A DNA stretch of 62,880 nt, the filler included, from Squatina squatina (Eukaryota), in assembly GCA_031763465.1 (NCBI GenBank). It is 4 parts of 4 records of this genome, joined end to end, with 100 filler letters (N's around TTAATTAATTAA, not from the genome) between each part and the next. Parts side by side here need not be neighbours in the genome. Positions count along the whole stretch, not along the records: positions 1 to 16,942 come from JARFOE010000222.1; positions 17,043 to 30,899 come from JARFOE010000001.1; 2 more parts are not named here. One strand, written 5' to 3'. Every line of letters begins with the position of its first letter. Position 1 is the first letter of the stretch. Positions 12,134 to 23,234 of this stretch are shown here, in pieces. The translations under genes were made by a program, and so were the position numbers. The notes under the pieces were generated by a model, which worked only from the letters and a program-made list of their open reading frames with translations, searched no databases and was not told where the DNA came from.

Positions 12134-13343
12134 NNNNNNNNNNNNNNNNNNNNNNNNNNNNNNNNNNNNNNNNNNNNNNNNNNNNNNNNNNNNNNNNNNN
12201 NNNNNNNNNNNNNNNNNNNNNNNNNNNNNNNNNTGAACAGTCAATTTTAAGGAATCCTTACATTGGGGATGCAATGTGTATATGGACAAAAGAGTAAGAA
12301 TTTGTTTTATAAAATGATCAATCCCGCCAGCACTATTCAGTCAAGTCCACTTGTCAGAGAAATATGGCATCCAATAAGACCTGGTTTATGTACCTTTTCA
12401 GAGTATTTGATGAATAATATATTTGACAGATCTCAAAAATGAATAATAACCGTTGAAAAAACTGCTGATAGTGAAGCCTTTCCTGGACAGGCTGAAAATT
12501 TTCCCAAACAGCATGAAAAGTCAGTGCCAGAAATTACTGGAATATTTATCTGGGAAAGGGTTGAGCCTAAAAATATTGACATGAGGAAAAGGAGACAGCG
12601 AAGAGTTCAAAGACTGCACTGCACTTGTAAAAGCAGCCTTGTTTAAATGAAGACGTTATTGGACACAGTACATTATGCTGCCTTGTTTCAATATGCATCT
12701 GAAATTGAAAAGAAAAGTGCCACTTGCAAGATAACTTATAATTATTTAATATAGATTTAAAAAAAATAATAAATCAAGAGAAAAAAACTGCACAAGTGCG
12801 AAATGCTCGCTGTCAATATTTTATCTGGTCCTTTCATTTATCTTCATCAAAGTATGATTGCAAATGCATTTTTGAAGGCATGAGTGACATAATTTCTTAT
12901 GAAGCACTTTCACTCTTGCAATTTGTTATGCACGTCACACACGGACATGCTGACAGACTCGCAAAAAGAATGTACAATCTATAATTTACTGTNNNNNNNN
13001 NNNNNNNNNNNNNNNNNNNNNNNNNNNNNNNNNNNNNNNNNNNNNNNNNNNNNNNNNNNNNNNNNNNNNNNNNNNNNNNNNNNNNNNNNNNNTCACTCTA
13101 ACGCTGAACTTTGCGTTTTGAGCCTTAGAGGGCTAGTGCCCATTTAGCGCCGGTGTTAAGGGGGGCTGAATTTCGCAGCGCTAAATTTAACGCCCAAAAT
13201 CGGCATTAAGCCTTTAATGCCCATGTAGCGCCACTTTAACGCCGGAAAAAAGAACAAATTGGGCGTCCTAAATCTCTTCAATTGAAGGGTAGAGGCAACC
13301 AGGCCATCAAAACCATTCAGGCCACTTGCTATTTAGAGATTTA

Positions 13344-13805
13344 AGCCTAGAAATTGGTTTGTGCAGGCCTACGCCAGAACTGGTAGGCCCACGGCACATC
13401 TGATATTCTTGCTCCTCCTGGCTCCACATTCAGGTGAGTGTTTTTTTTTTAAAACATACATTTTTGGTGGTGGCCTGCAGCATTCCCTTCAAGGACCACT
13501 TTTCAGGCCGTCTGTAGACCAAATTTTCCTGAACACAGCGGCCTGGTGCTGGCTGTGTTCAGGGCAGCCCAATTTTGCAAAGGGGTTTTCAAACAGGTGT
13601 GAGGCGCCCCCATTTGTATATGCAAAGATCCTAACTCCTGTTTCAGGTGCATGTCCTGAACACATCTTTTTCTGCCTTCANNNNNNNNNNCAATATGGCG
13701 GGCTTCTGGCCAGTAATGAGCGCACGCACCCCACCCACCATATTGGATGCTTTGGCACCCATTTTGCGCCTGAAAAACGAGCATGTGCCAATAAATTTTT
13801 AGGCG
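13344..13805. mobile_element. MITE-like element, PIF/Harbinger-like
   Basis: GCCTAGAAATT (13345-13355) and AATTTTTAGGC (13794-13804) are inverted (10/11); TTA at 13341-13343 and 13806-13808. Confidence 0.55.
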
Positions 13806-16471
13806 TTAGTTTACTAAATCATGTGTCCTCAGCGACGAAGGGTTATTTCCTGTGGAGAATGAGCGAAATCTTTCACACACAGGAATTTATATTTTTCTTT
13901 CAACCAGAATAACTTTTATTTAGGCACATTTTTAACATTGCAGAAACTTGGTTAGCTGCATATTTTTTTTTCTCAAAGTGAGTGAGACCTCATGCAATTC
14001 CTAAAGCTCTAGCATCTCAAAGCTAACAGTGTGTGACAGCTCAAATGTCCTGCGTTAGTCACATTCAGTGGGCTGTGACAAGGTAAATGACACCAATTAC
14101 CTGATATAATTACTGCCTCTGACAGTATCTTCCCCCCAGTGATTGTTTGATGAGTTTTGCAATGCCTGCGTTGTCAATCCCATCTTCATCTGAGGGCCTC
14201 TATTGCTGTCAGTAGTCCTCGCGCAGACATTGATTAACTGTTACTGTTACAGCAGCCTGCTCTCAATATCACAAACTGATCAGTCAATTCGACGGGATTC
14301 AGTTAGTTCCAGCAAAAACTAAATATTTATAGTGATATTCTGTTGATATCTCAAAGTGACAGTTGAACATAGCATTAGAAATGAGGGAAAAAGCAATTCT
14401 CCATCCTAAATCTGTCCGGCATTCAGATATTCCGAAAAATCATTTTCAGAATGACCTGTCTCTTGAAAACAATGCCTCTGCACATGNNNNNNNNNNNNNN
14501 NNNNNNNNNNNNNNNNNNNNNNNNNNNNNNNNNNNNNNNNNNNNNNNNNNNNNNNNNNNNNNNNNNNNNNNNNNNNNNNNNNNNNNTTTCAAGAGATCCC
14601 CAGCAGAAAACTTTGCAAAAATATCGCAAAGCTCTGTGCTGGGGATGGGCTTCGCAGCCTCAGTGTTGGATCTGTCTGGACAGATCGCAAATGCCGATTA
14701 TGCGGGCTTACGATGTATAGGCCCATAACCAGCTTTTGTGATGTCTCCTCTGGTGCGTGGGAACATCGTTCCCACCCAGGACATTACAATTTCAGGGCCA
14801 CTCAGTTCTTGTAGTTTACTATACACTATCTTGTGTATTTTGCAAGTAATTATACTGGGGGAAAAAGTAGAAATATTTTTATGTGGTCTGGAACAGCACT
14901 CCTAGTTGGAGGGTCAAGTTTTTGAATTGCAGTGATTGTCCATGCTTATTGAGTAAGTTTGTCTGCCGTCATATTATTCCACCTTTCTAATTTGAGGCTA
15001 GGGATGGAGAGGAAAGGAGTATGATAAGTTGAGCTGTCACTGTCCAAACAGATGGTAGGGGACAGTAACATGTTTCTACTTAATAATATGCGAATAAATC
15101 CAAAAAGGGCACTTTATAGTCTAGCAAAAGAAAAGAAGTAGAAAAGAATGTTATCACTAATAAAATACTGAAATTTGCAGGGTCTAATTTTACAAACCCA
15201 ATCATATATCAAAAATCATGAATTGCGAGAAGTATTTGATAGGTCTGACCTTTTAATCAAATTTAATAACGTGCTCTGAATAGTATATGGGCATTTGAAA
15301 ACCAGTTTGTCTTTGGGAAGCCACTTTATTGCATAATTGAAAATAGTATGAAGGTAAAGGGCAAGCAAATTAGCATTTTGTGTATTAAAACCAAACAATG
15401 GCTTGTGATAACAGAAGAGTTCAGTGAATTGTAAATGAGTGGAGTTGGAGACTGCATCCAAAAAGATAAGAATAGGAAAAATGGCAGATTAATTTCTGAT
15501 GCAACATTTCAAACTGAGCGTCTTTATGTCCTATTCCCATTTGCACCAATGATGTCTTACTTAGATAAAGATTAATTTTTCAACAGTGCCACAACTGCAA
15601 ATTACTCTAATGTGAAAGACATAGATGTGCCTGTCGACAGAGTGTACCGTGGCTGAAGCCATTTGTGTTCACAACAGATGCCATGGAAAGGGTCTACTCG
15701 GCATGCCACTTCGCAGGTATTGAGATGCCAAGATCAGCATCCAGAGCTGGTGAAGGATACTGATCCTAGTGCAACAGAATGACAGGCAACCACTGATGGA
15801 TTTGCTACATGCATCTGCAGGGAGGCTCTTTAACAGTCAGGAGATTGAGTACAGCAGGTCACCATCATGTCTTATGCCAGAGAACATTTTGAAATTTCTC
15901 ATTACAATTTAGTGAAATTTTTTTTTAAATGTTAGTTTTTCAGTAGTTATGGAGATACTTCACACTGAAAATGCTTCCAGTCAAAGCATTGTTCATTTAA
16001 ATCTAGGTCGACATATTGGTAGATGTGGAAGCTGTAATGATAATTGTCAGTATTCAGAGTTGCTTCTATTCAAACAGCAATAGATCACTCTGCAATTGAT
16101 TGCCATNNNNNNNNNNNNNNNNNNNNNNNNNNNNNNNNNNNNNNNNNNNNNNNNNNNNNNNNNNNNNNNNNNNNNNNNNNNNNNNNNNNNNNNNNNNNNN
16201 NNNNNNAAACTGCAATCCTCCAGTGGGCAACAGGAAAAATAAGACTCCAACTGTTTGTGTACCACTCATAGCTGTTGTTTACGAAGTGATGCTGTCAGCT
16301 GTTTTGAGACATGTTCTGTGGCTAAATATTGGATTTTTTTTTTCAAATAAAGATTTGTTTTGGTGAAAAGGGTAAATTGCTCCAACATTTTGCTTTCCAT
16401 CCCTTCGAGAAATAATGGTGTATGGACTCGTAGCAGCATTGGAAGTATAGATAGAATCATTAGATACTCAC

Positions 16472-16574
16472 GCTGGCATTCCTTGCAGCATTTTCCTTCC
16501 ACATAGACTGGAGCGTTAACTGGAGGACAATTCTCAGGGGGGCAGATCAGTCGCTTGCACTGGACTGTTCCATT
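16472..16574 (-). CDS. NELL2: NELL2 exon (VWC domain), 103 bp
   Basis: ttccccag|NGTVQCKRLICPPENCPPVNAPVYVEGKCCKECQ|gtgagt; matches NELL2 NGTIQCETLICPNPDCP....YVDGKCCKECK with canonical splice sites. Confidence 0.9.
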
Positions 16575-16942
16575 CTGGGGAAATAATATTGTGATGTTAT
16601 TTAAAGATTGTCTTTGTTAGACGTCAACATCAATGCATTACTAACCACTAAAATAACTCACGCCCAATTTATACAGACCGAGCTCTCTGTGAATCTCTTG
16701 CATGTTGAGCACCGAGGAACTGACAATATTACAACAGCGTTTATATACAATTGTAAAATCTAGCTTACTGTTTTGGATTTCTTCCTAATGAAAATACTTT
16801 CTCACTTTAGATTAGATGAGGGAGGGACAGGGAATGTCGTCATGTTTTATACTTCAAAATAGCTCTGTACCGATTTTACCATGCACATTGTACTTTCAAT
16901 GGCCAGAAAGAAAATGATGAGTTTTAAATCATCGCCCGGAAT

Positions 16943-17042
16943 NNNNNNNNNNNNNNNNNNNNNNNNNNNNNNNNNNNNNNNNNNNNTTAATTAATTAANN
17001 NNNNNNNNNNNNNNNNNNNNNNNNNNNNNNNNNNNNNNNNNN
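16943..17042. other. Artificial scaffold linker (44N-TTAATTAATTAA-44N)
   Basis: Six-frame stop oligo at 16987-16998 embedded in Ns; total length 100. Confidence 0.95.
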
Positions 17043-17633
17043 GTAGACTTAGGTGTCCTTTTCAGATGTTGGAATTATTGTGCAGTACAGTATATACAAA
17101 AAACAGAAAGGATGGAAAACTTAAAGCTAGTAGAATTACCCCGACAGCTTCACCAGATTGGAAAATTAGTAAAAGCCTAGGATTTCAATTCAATTTTGGA
17201 CTGAAAATCCAGTGTTCTGCTGTTGAGTCCTAAAGGATTCGGCAGCTTTTTACATAATGGATTCATACATATTGCCTGTTTAAATGATTTAAATGTTATT
17301 GTTGTTTGAAGTCCAGATTGTTAGAGATGTTTAATCAGGCTAATAATCACTGCACTTTATTAATGAACAGTGTAAATCTGATTCATTTTGACAGAGCAAA
17401 CATTTATAATTTACTGTTTAACACTATCCAGTTGATTGCAGCAGGAGAGGAGAGTTACCGTAGGTAATATATCAGTCCCAACAGCTAAAAAAGAGTCCAC
17501 AAGAATAACATAATTTAAATGGACAAAAATCAAAGATGGAGACAGGCAGGAAACATTAATTTCAATGTAGTTTAATGAAACAGATTTGTACTTGCTTTGT
17601 ATTACCTTCTAGTCTTCATCTTTTAATTGTTAG

Positions 17634-17856
17634 TGCCCTGGAGGAGCATTTACACCAAACACATTGTCAACAAAGGAGTTTCCAGATGAAGTGGTTACAT
17701 TTATCCGGAACCATCCTATGATGTATAACCCTATTTATCCAATCAATAAGCAGCCTCTGATTGTAAGGATTAACACCGATTACAAGTACACCAAGATGGT
17801 GGTGGACCAAGTGAGGGCTGCAGATGGAAGATACCATGTCCTCTTTCTTGGCACAG
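17634..17856 (+). CDS. SEMA3C: SEMA3C exon (Sema domain), 223 bp
   Basis: ttgttag|CPGGAFTPNTLSTKEFPDEVVTFIRNHPMMYNPIYPINKQPLIVRINTDYKYTKMVVDQVRAADGRYHVLFLGT G|gtaag; CPGGAFTPN and TDYKYTK...AADGRYHVLFLGT are SEMA3C-typical. Confidence 0.92.
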
Positions 17857-17975
17857 GTAAGACATCCAAAAAAAAAGATCTAAACTCCAATAAGTAGATT
17901 GCATTAAAAGCATGCAGTTGTCCTTTAGCAGTACTGAGGAAACCTTTCTTGTTTGTCAGACATTCGGAAGAACAA

Positions 17976-20900
17976 TACTCCTGCTCCTATGTGCCTCTGT
18001 TCCTGTGTCCCTCTGTCCCTCTGTTCCTACGTCCCTCTGTTCCTATGTCCCTCTGTTCCTCTGTACCGATATCCCTTTGTCCCTCTGTCCCTATATCCCT
18101 CTGTTCCTCTGTTCCTCTGTCCCTCTGTTCCTATGTCCCTATATCCCTCTGTCCNNNNNNNNNNNNNNNNNNNNNNNNNNNNNNNNNNNNNNNNNNNNNN
18201 NNNNNNNNNNNNNNNNNNNNNNNNNNNNNNNNNNNNNNNNNNNNNNNNNNNNNNTGTCCCTCTGTTCCTATGTTCCTCTGTCCCTATGTCCCTCTGACCC
18301 TCTTTCCCTATGTCCCTCTGTTCCTATGTCCCTCTGTTCCTGTGTTCCTCTGTCCCTGTGTTCCTATGTCACTCTGTTCCTATGTCCCTCTGTCCCTCTG
18401 TTCCTATGTCCCTCTGTCCCTGTGTTCCTATGTCCCTATATCCCTCTGTCCCTCTGTTCCTATATCACTCTCTCCCTCTGTCCCTATATCCCTCTGTCCC
18501 TCTGTTCCTCTGTCCCTCTGTTCCTATGTCCCTATATCCCTCTGTCCCTCTGTCCCTATATCCCTCTGTTCCTCTGTTCCTCTGTCCCTCTGTTCCTATG
18601 TCCCTATATCCCTCTGTCCCTCTGTCCCTCTGTTCCTACGTCCATATATCCCTCTGTCCCTATATCCCTCTGTCCCTCTTTCCCTATATCCATCTGTCCC
18701 TCTGTTCCTATGTTCCTCTGTCCCTATATCCCTCTGACCCTCTTTCCCTATGTCCCTCTGTTCCTATGTCCCTCTGTTCCTATGTCCCACTGTCCCTGTG
18801 TTCCTATGTCCCTCTGTTCCTATGTCCCTCTGTTCCTATGTACCGATATCCCTCTGTCCCTCTGTCCCGATATCCCTCTGTTCCTCTGTCCCTCTGTTCC
18901 TATGTCCCTCTGTCCCTCTGTTCCTCTCTCCCTCTCTTCCTATGTCCCTATATCCCTCTGTTGCTATGTCCCTATTTCCCTCTGACCCTCTTTCCCTCTG
19001 TCCCTCTGTCCCTCTCTTCCTATGTCCCTCTGTTCCTATGTTCCGATCTCCCTCTGTTCCTCTGTCCCTCTGTCCCTATATCCCTATGTCCCTCTGTCCC
19101 TCTGTTCCTATGTCCCTCTGTTCCTCTGTCCCTCTGTTCCTACGTCTCTATATCCCTCGGTCCCTATGTCCCTCTGTCCCTCTGTCCCCCTGTTCCTCTC
19201 TCCCTCTGTTCCTACGTCCATATATCCCTCTGTTCCTATATCCCTCTGTTCCTCTCTCCCTCTGTTCCTATATCCCTCTCTCCCTCTGTTCCTCTCTCCC
19301 TCTGTTCCTATGTCCCTATATCCCTGTATCCCTCTGTCCCTCTGTTCCTATGTCCCTAATCCTTCTGTCCCTCTGTTCCTATGTCCCTCTGTCCCTCTGT
19401 TCCTATGTCCCTCTGTTCCTATGTACCGATATCCCTCTGTCCCTCTGTCCCAATATTCCTCTGTTCCTCTGTCCCTCTGTTCCTATGTCCCTATATCCCT
19501 CTGTCCCTCTGTCCCTGTGTTCCTATGTCCCTCTGTCCCTCTGTTCCTCTCTCCCTCTGTTCCTGTGTCCCTATATCCCTCTGACCCTCTGTTCCTATGT
19601 CCCTAAGTCCATCTGTCCCTCTTTCCCTATGTCCATCTGTCTCCAGGTCCCTATATCCCTCTGTTCCTCTGTCCCTCTGTTCCTATGTCCCTCTGATCCT
19701 CTTTCCCTATGTCCCTGTGTTCCTATGTCCCTCTGTTCCTATGTTCCTCTGTCCCTATATCCCTCTGTCCCTCTGTTCCTATATCCCTCTCTCCCTCTGT
19801 CCCTATATCCCTCTGTCCCTCTGTTCCTCTCTCCCTCTATTCCTATGTCCCTCTGTTCCTATGTCCCTATGTCCCTCTGACCCTCTTTCCCTATGTCCCT
19901 CTGTTCCTATGTCCCTCTGTTCCTATGTTCCTCTGTCCCTGTGTTCCTATGTCCCTCTGTTCCTATGTTCCTATATCCCTCTGTCCCTCTGTCCCTCTGT
20001 CCATATGTCCCTCTGTCCCTCTGTTCCTATGTCCCTATATCCCTCTGTCCCTCTGTTCCTATATCCCTCTCTCCCTCTGTCAATTTATCCCTCTGTCCCT
20101 CTGTTCCTATATCCCTCTCTCCCTCTGTCAATTTATCCCTCTGTCCCTCTGTTCCTCTCTCCCTCTGTCCCTATGTCCCTATATCCCTGTGTCCCTCTGT
20201 CCCTGTGTTCCTATGACCCTAATCCTTCTGTCCCTCTGTCCCTCTGTCCCTCTGTTCCTCTGTCCCTCTGTTCCTCTGTACCGNNNNNNNNNNNNNNNNN
20301 NNNNNNNNNNNNNNNNNNNNNNNNNNNNNNNNNNNNNNNNNNNNNNNNNNNNNNNNNNNNNNNNNNNNNNNNNNNNNNNNNNNCCCTCTGTTCCTCTGTA
20401 CCGATATCCCTCTGTCCCTCTGTCCCTATATCCCTCTGTTCCTCTGTTCCTCTGTCCCTCAGTCCCTATGTCCCTCTTTCCCTCTGTTCCTATGTCCCTC
20501 TTTTCCTCTGTCCCTCTTTTCCTCTGTCCCTCTGTCCTTCTGTTCCTATGTTCCCCTATCCCTGTTTTCCTATGGCCCTCTGTTCCTATGTCCCTCTGTT
20601 CCTATGTCCCTATGTCCCTTTGTCCCTCTGTTCCTCTGTCCCTATGTCCCTATGTCCCTCTGTTCCTCTGTCCCTGTGTTCCTATGTCCCCGTGTCCCTG
20701 TGTTCCTATGTCCCCCTGTCCCTCTGTTCCTATGTCCCTATATCCCTCTGTCCCTCTGTTCCTCTCTCCCTCTGTTCCTATGTCCCTATATCCCACTGTC
20801 CCTCTGTTCCTATGTCCCTATGTCCCTCTGTTCCTCTCTCCCTCTGTTCCTATGTCCGTATATCCCTCTGTCCCTAACTCCCTCTGTCCCTCTGTTCCTA

Positions 20901-21188
20901 TGTCCCTCTGACCCTCTTTCCCTATGTCCCCCTGTTCCTATGTCCCTCTGTTCCTATGTTCCTCTGTCCCTATGTCCCTCTGACCCTCTTTCCCTATGTC
21001 TCTCTGTTCCTATGTCCCTCTGTTCCTGTGTTCCTCAGTCCCTGTGTTCCTATGTCCCTCTGTTCCTCTGTCCCTCTGACCCTCTGTTCCTATGTCCCTC
21101 TGTTCCTATGTCCCTCTGTTCCTCTGTACCGATATCCCTCTGTCCCTCTGTCCCTATATCCCTCTGTTCCTCTGTTCCTCTGTCCCTC
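17976..21188 (+). repeat. Degenerate 8-bp-period pyrimidine-rich tandem array (TCCCTCTG/TTCCTATG/TCCCTATA variants)
   Basis: Directly visible over ~3.2 kb with two internal 100-N gaps, so the true length is unknown. Confidence 0.97.
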
Positions 21189-21288
21189 NNNNNNNNNNNN
21201 NNNNNNNNNNNNNNNNNNNNNNNNNNNNNNNNNNNNNNNNNNNNNNNNNNNNNNNNNNNNNNNNNNNNNNNNNNNNNNNNNNNNNNNN

Positions 21289-21377
21289 CAACAGTGACTA
21301 CACTCCAAAAAGTGTAAAATTGGCTGTAAAGCGCTTTGGATGGTCCTGAAAGGCGCTATAGAAATGCAAGTCCTTTT
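21289..21377 (+). mobile_element. Deu-SINE/L2-type 3' tail
   Basis: CAACAGTGACTACACTCCAAAA...TTGGCTGTAAAGCGCTTTGGATGGTCCTGAAAGGCGCTATAGAAATGCAAGTC matches 3191-3290. Confidence 0.75.
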
Positions 21378-22068
21378 CCCCAGTATTCCAGGTTAGCATT
21401 TTGGAATAAAGCCCAGAGATGGGGGCTAACAGTGAGGGGAATCCGTCCCTGGATATCACTGCCCCTCCGCAGGGTTTCACTCTGAGGGGGGAGGGTTTGC
21501 CTGTTGGAGGGAGGGCTTGAAGTGTCCCGAAACTCTCGGACCTCTCTCCGTGACAGGGCGGTGGGGAACTCTCCCGGCAGCCCTACGGGAAGCACTGCCA
21601 CCTGAATCTCGCCTCCCTGCGCTAACGCGACCTGACACGCGAATTGCTCCTCGCAGCTCACATACAGAACCGATCCGAAATGCCTTGCTATTTTGGTCGA
21701 TGCAGATTTGCTCGGTGTTTAGACACGGTTCAAAGCTCGGCCAGATTCTGCTGATACCATCCTCCCGTTTGTTCCCCGCCTGTCACATCTCGTTAAGGGT
21801 GATGGGGCCGTGAACTGTGAGTGCTCCGTGGCTTCAAAACGCTGCATGTGACTGCCCGCTTACTGTTCTCAGGGCTCTCCTGGGTCCTAGTATCCCTCAA
21901 ACGATCCGGCCCCACGCCCCCCACCCACCCCCCCCCCCCCCAGCCCCCCCCCCCGGGGGGGGCGGGGGNNNNNNNNNNNNNNNNNNNNNNNNNNNNNNNN
22001 NNNNNNNNNNNNNNNNNNNNNNNNNNNNNNNNNNNNNNNNNNNNNNNNNNNNNNNNNNNNNNNNNNNN

Positions 22069-22851
22069 AGACCTCCCAACTCGCCGTCCAACCCAAGCGT
22101 ACGGAGACCCCCCGCCATGACACCCAACGCAATCTCACGGAGATCACCATCCAGGGACAGCATAGCCAAATGGCCACCTCTAACCAAAGTCAGCCCAGTG
22201 GTACTAGGATCTCCAACCAGGTCCAACCCAACAACACCAAGATTTCCAGCGAAGTCCAAATCAACAACACAGAGACCTCCAACCAGGGACAGCATAGCCA
22301 AATGGCCACCTCTAACCAAAGTCAACCCAACGGTACAAAAATCTCCAACCAGGTCCAAGCCAACAACACAGACATATCAAGCGAAGTCCAAATCAACATC
22401 ACAGAGACCTCCAACCAGGTCCAACTCAACAACATGGAGATCTCCAACCAAGGACAACTCAACAACACTGCACTCTCCAACCAAGTCCAATCCAATAACA
22501 CAGAGATCTCCAGCAAAGGCCAATCCAACAGCACGGAGAGATCGTGGGATGGAACCATTCCTGGCCTGAGCCGCAGAAAGCGCTTCCTATGGTGGCTCGT
22601 GGACAACATGCGAAAGAAGCGAGGCTCCTCAGACTTGTTGGACAACACCTTCCCACTGCTTGCCTTCACAAAGACCAAACTGAAGTGGCGCATTCTGGAC
22701 GAAGGCTACAGCTCGCAGATGACGATAGATGACCAGAAGATGATCCTGAAATTAGCCTTTCGGATGTGGAGTGAAGTCACGCCCTTGATATTTGAAGAAG
22801 ATCTGACATCGCCTGCCTCCGAGATAGACATCAAACTGGGATTTGGAACAA
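22069..22851 (+). CDS. MMP21: MMP21-like exon: propeptide region with 11-aa repeats, furin-type sites and start of catalytic domain; 5' end in gap
   Basis: The frame is open from the gap. RRKR...RKKR then [63 protein letters not shown] aligns with MMP21 [20 protein letters not shown]...[18 protein letters not shown]...DIKLGFG. Donor ACAA|gtgagg at 22851/22852. Confidence 0.88.
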
Positions 22852-22986
22852 GTGAGGAGCCTTCAATCTTCTCAGTTTATGCATATCAAAAATATATGCA
22901 GTGGAGTTCAGGGCACTGGCGTCCCTCAGGAAGTATCTGTACACTAACTTGAGAATTCTCAAATGTTTTATCAGGGAAGATATCAC

Positions 22987-23134
22987 ACACTCCCAGGGCA
23001 GGTATAGCATGGGTTAGATACAGAGTAAAGCTCCCTCTACACTGTCCCATCCAACAATCCCAGGGCAGGTACAGCACGGGTTAGATACAGAGTAAAGCTC
23101 CCTCTACACTGTCCCATCAAACAATCCCAGGGCA
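22987..23134. repeat. 67-bp tandem repeat (2+ units, runs into gap)
   Basis: TCCCAGGGCA starts at 22991, 23058 and 23125; unit TCCCAGGGCAGGTACAGCACGGGTTAGATACAGAGTAAAGCTCCCTCTACACTGTCCCATCAAACAA. Confidence 0.92.
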
Positions 23135-23234
23135 NNNNNNNNNNNNNNNNNNNNNNNNNNNNNNNNNNNNNNNNNNNNNNNNNNNNNNNNNNNNNNNNNN
23201 NNNNNNNNNNNNNNNNNNNNNNNNNNNNNNNNNN

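Noticed and set aside
15578-15785. Two caacag acceptor-like sites followed by short frames on the plus strand
   Set aside because: Antisense to NELL2, short, and unrecognisable peptides; not supportable.
16987-16998. TTAATTAATTAA palindrome recurring three times (also 30944, 44359)
   Set aside because: Always centred in exactly 44+44 Ns; an artificial six-frame-stop linker, not a biological motif.
17912-21349. Many long overlapping ORFs (SLCPSVPL... up to 426 aa) in the ORF track
   Set aside because: Artefact of an 8-bp repeat lacking stop codons; all three frames are open with the same permuted peptide.
21817-22569. 250-aa Pro/Ser/Thr-rich ORF and poly-C/poly-G run
   Set aside because: Alternative frame of the MMP21 repeat joined across a gap to a low-quality homopolymer at a contig end.
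22852-22952. C-terminal extension of the 260-aa ORF ([10 protein letters not shown]...) and its ATG at 22170 as a start codon
   Set aside because: MMP21 similarity ends at a GT donor (22852), so the extension is intron read-through; the frame is open upstream of the ATG into the gap.
22987-23134. Regularly spaced repeats suggestive of a CRISPR array
   Set aside because: Head-to-tail 67-bp units with no unique spacers, no cas genes, and a vertebrate context.
23037-23134. C-terminal PWDCLMGQCRG... of the 386-aa neurofilament ORF
   Set aside because: Translation of the 67-bp satellite across an unsized gap.
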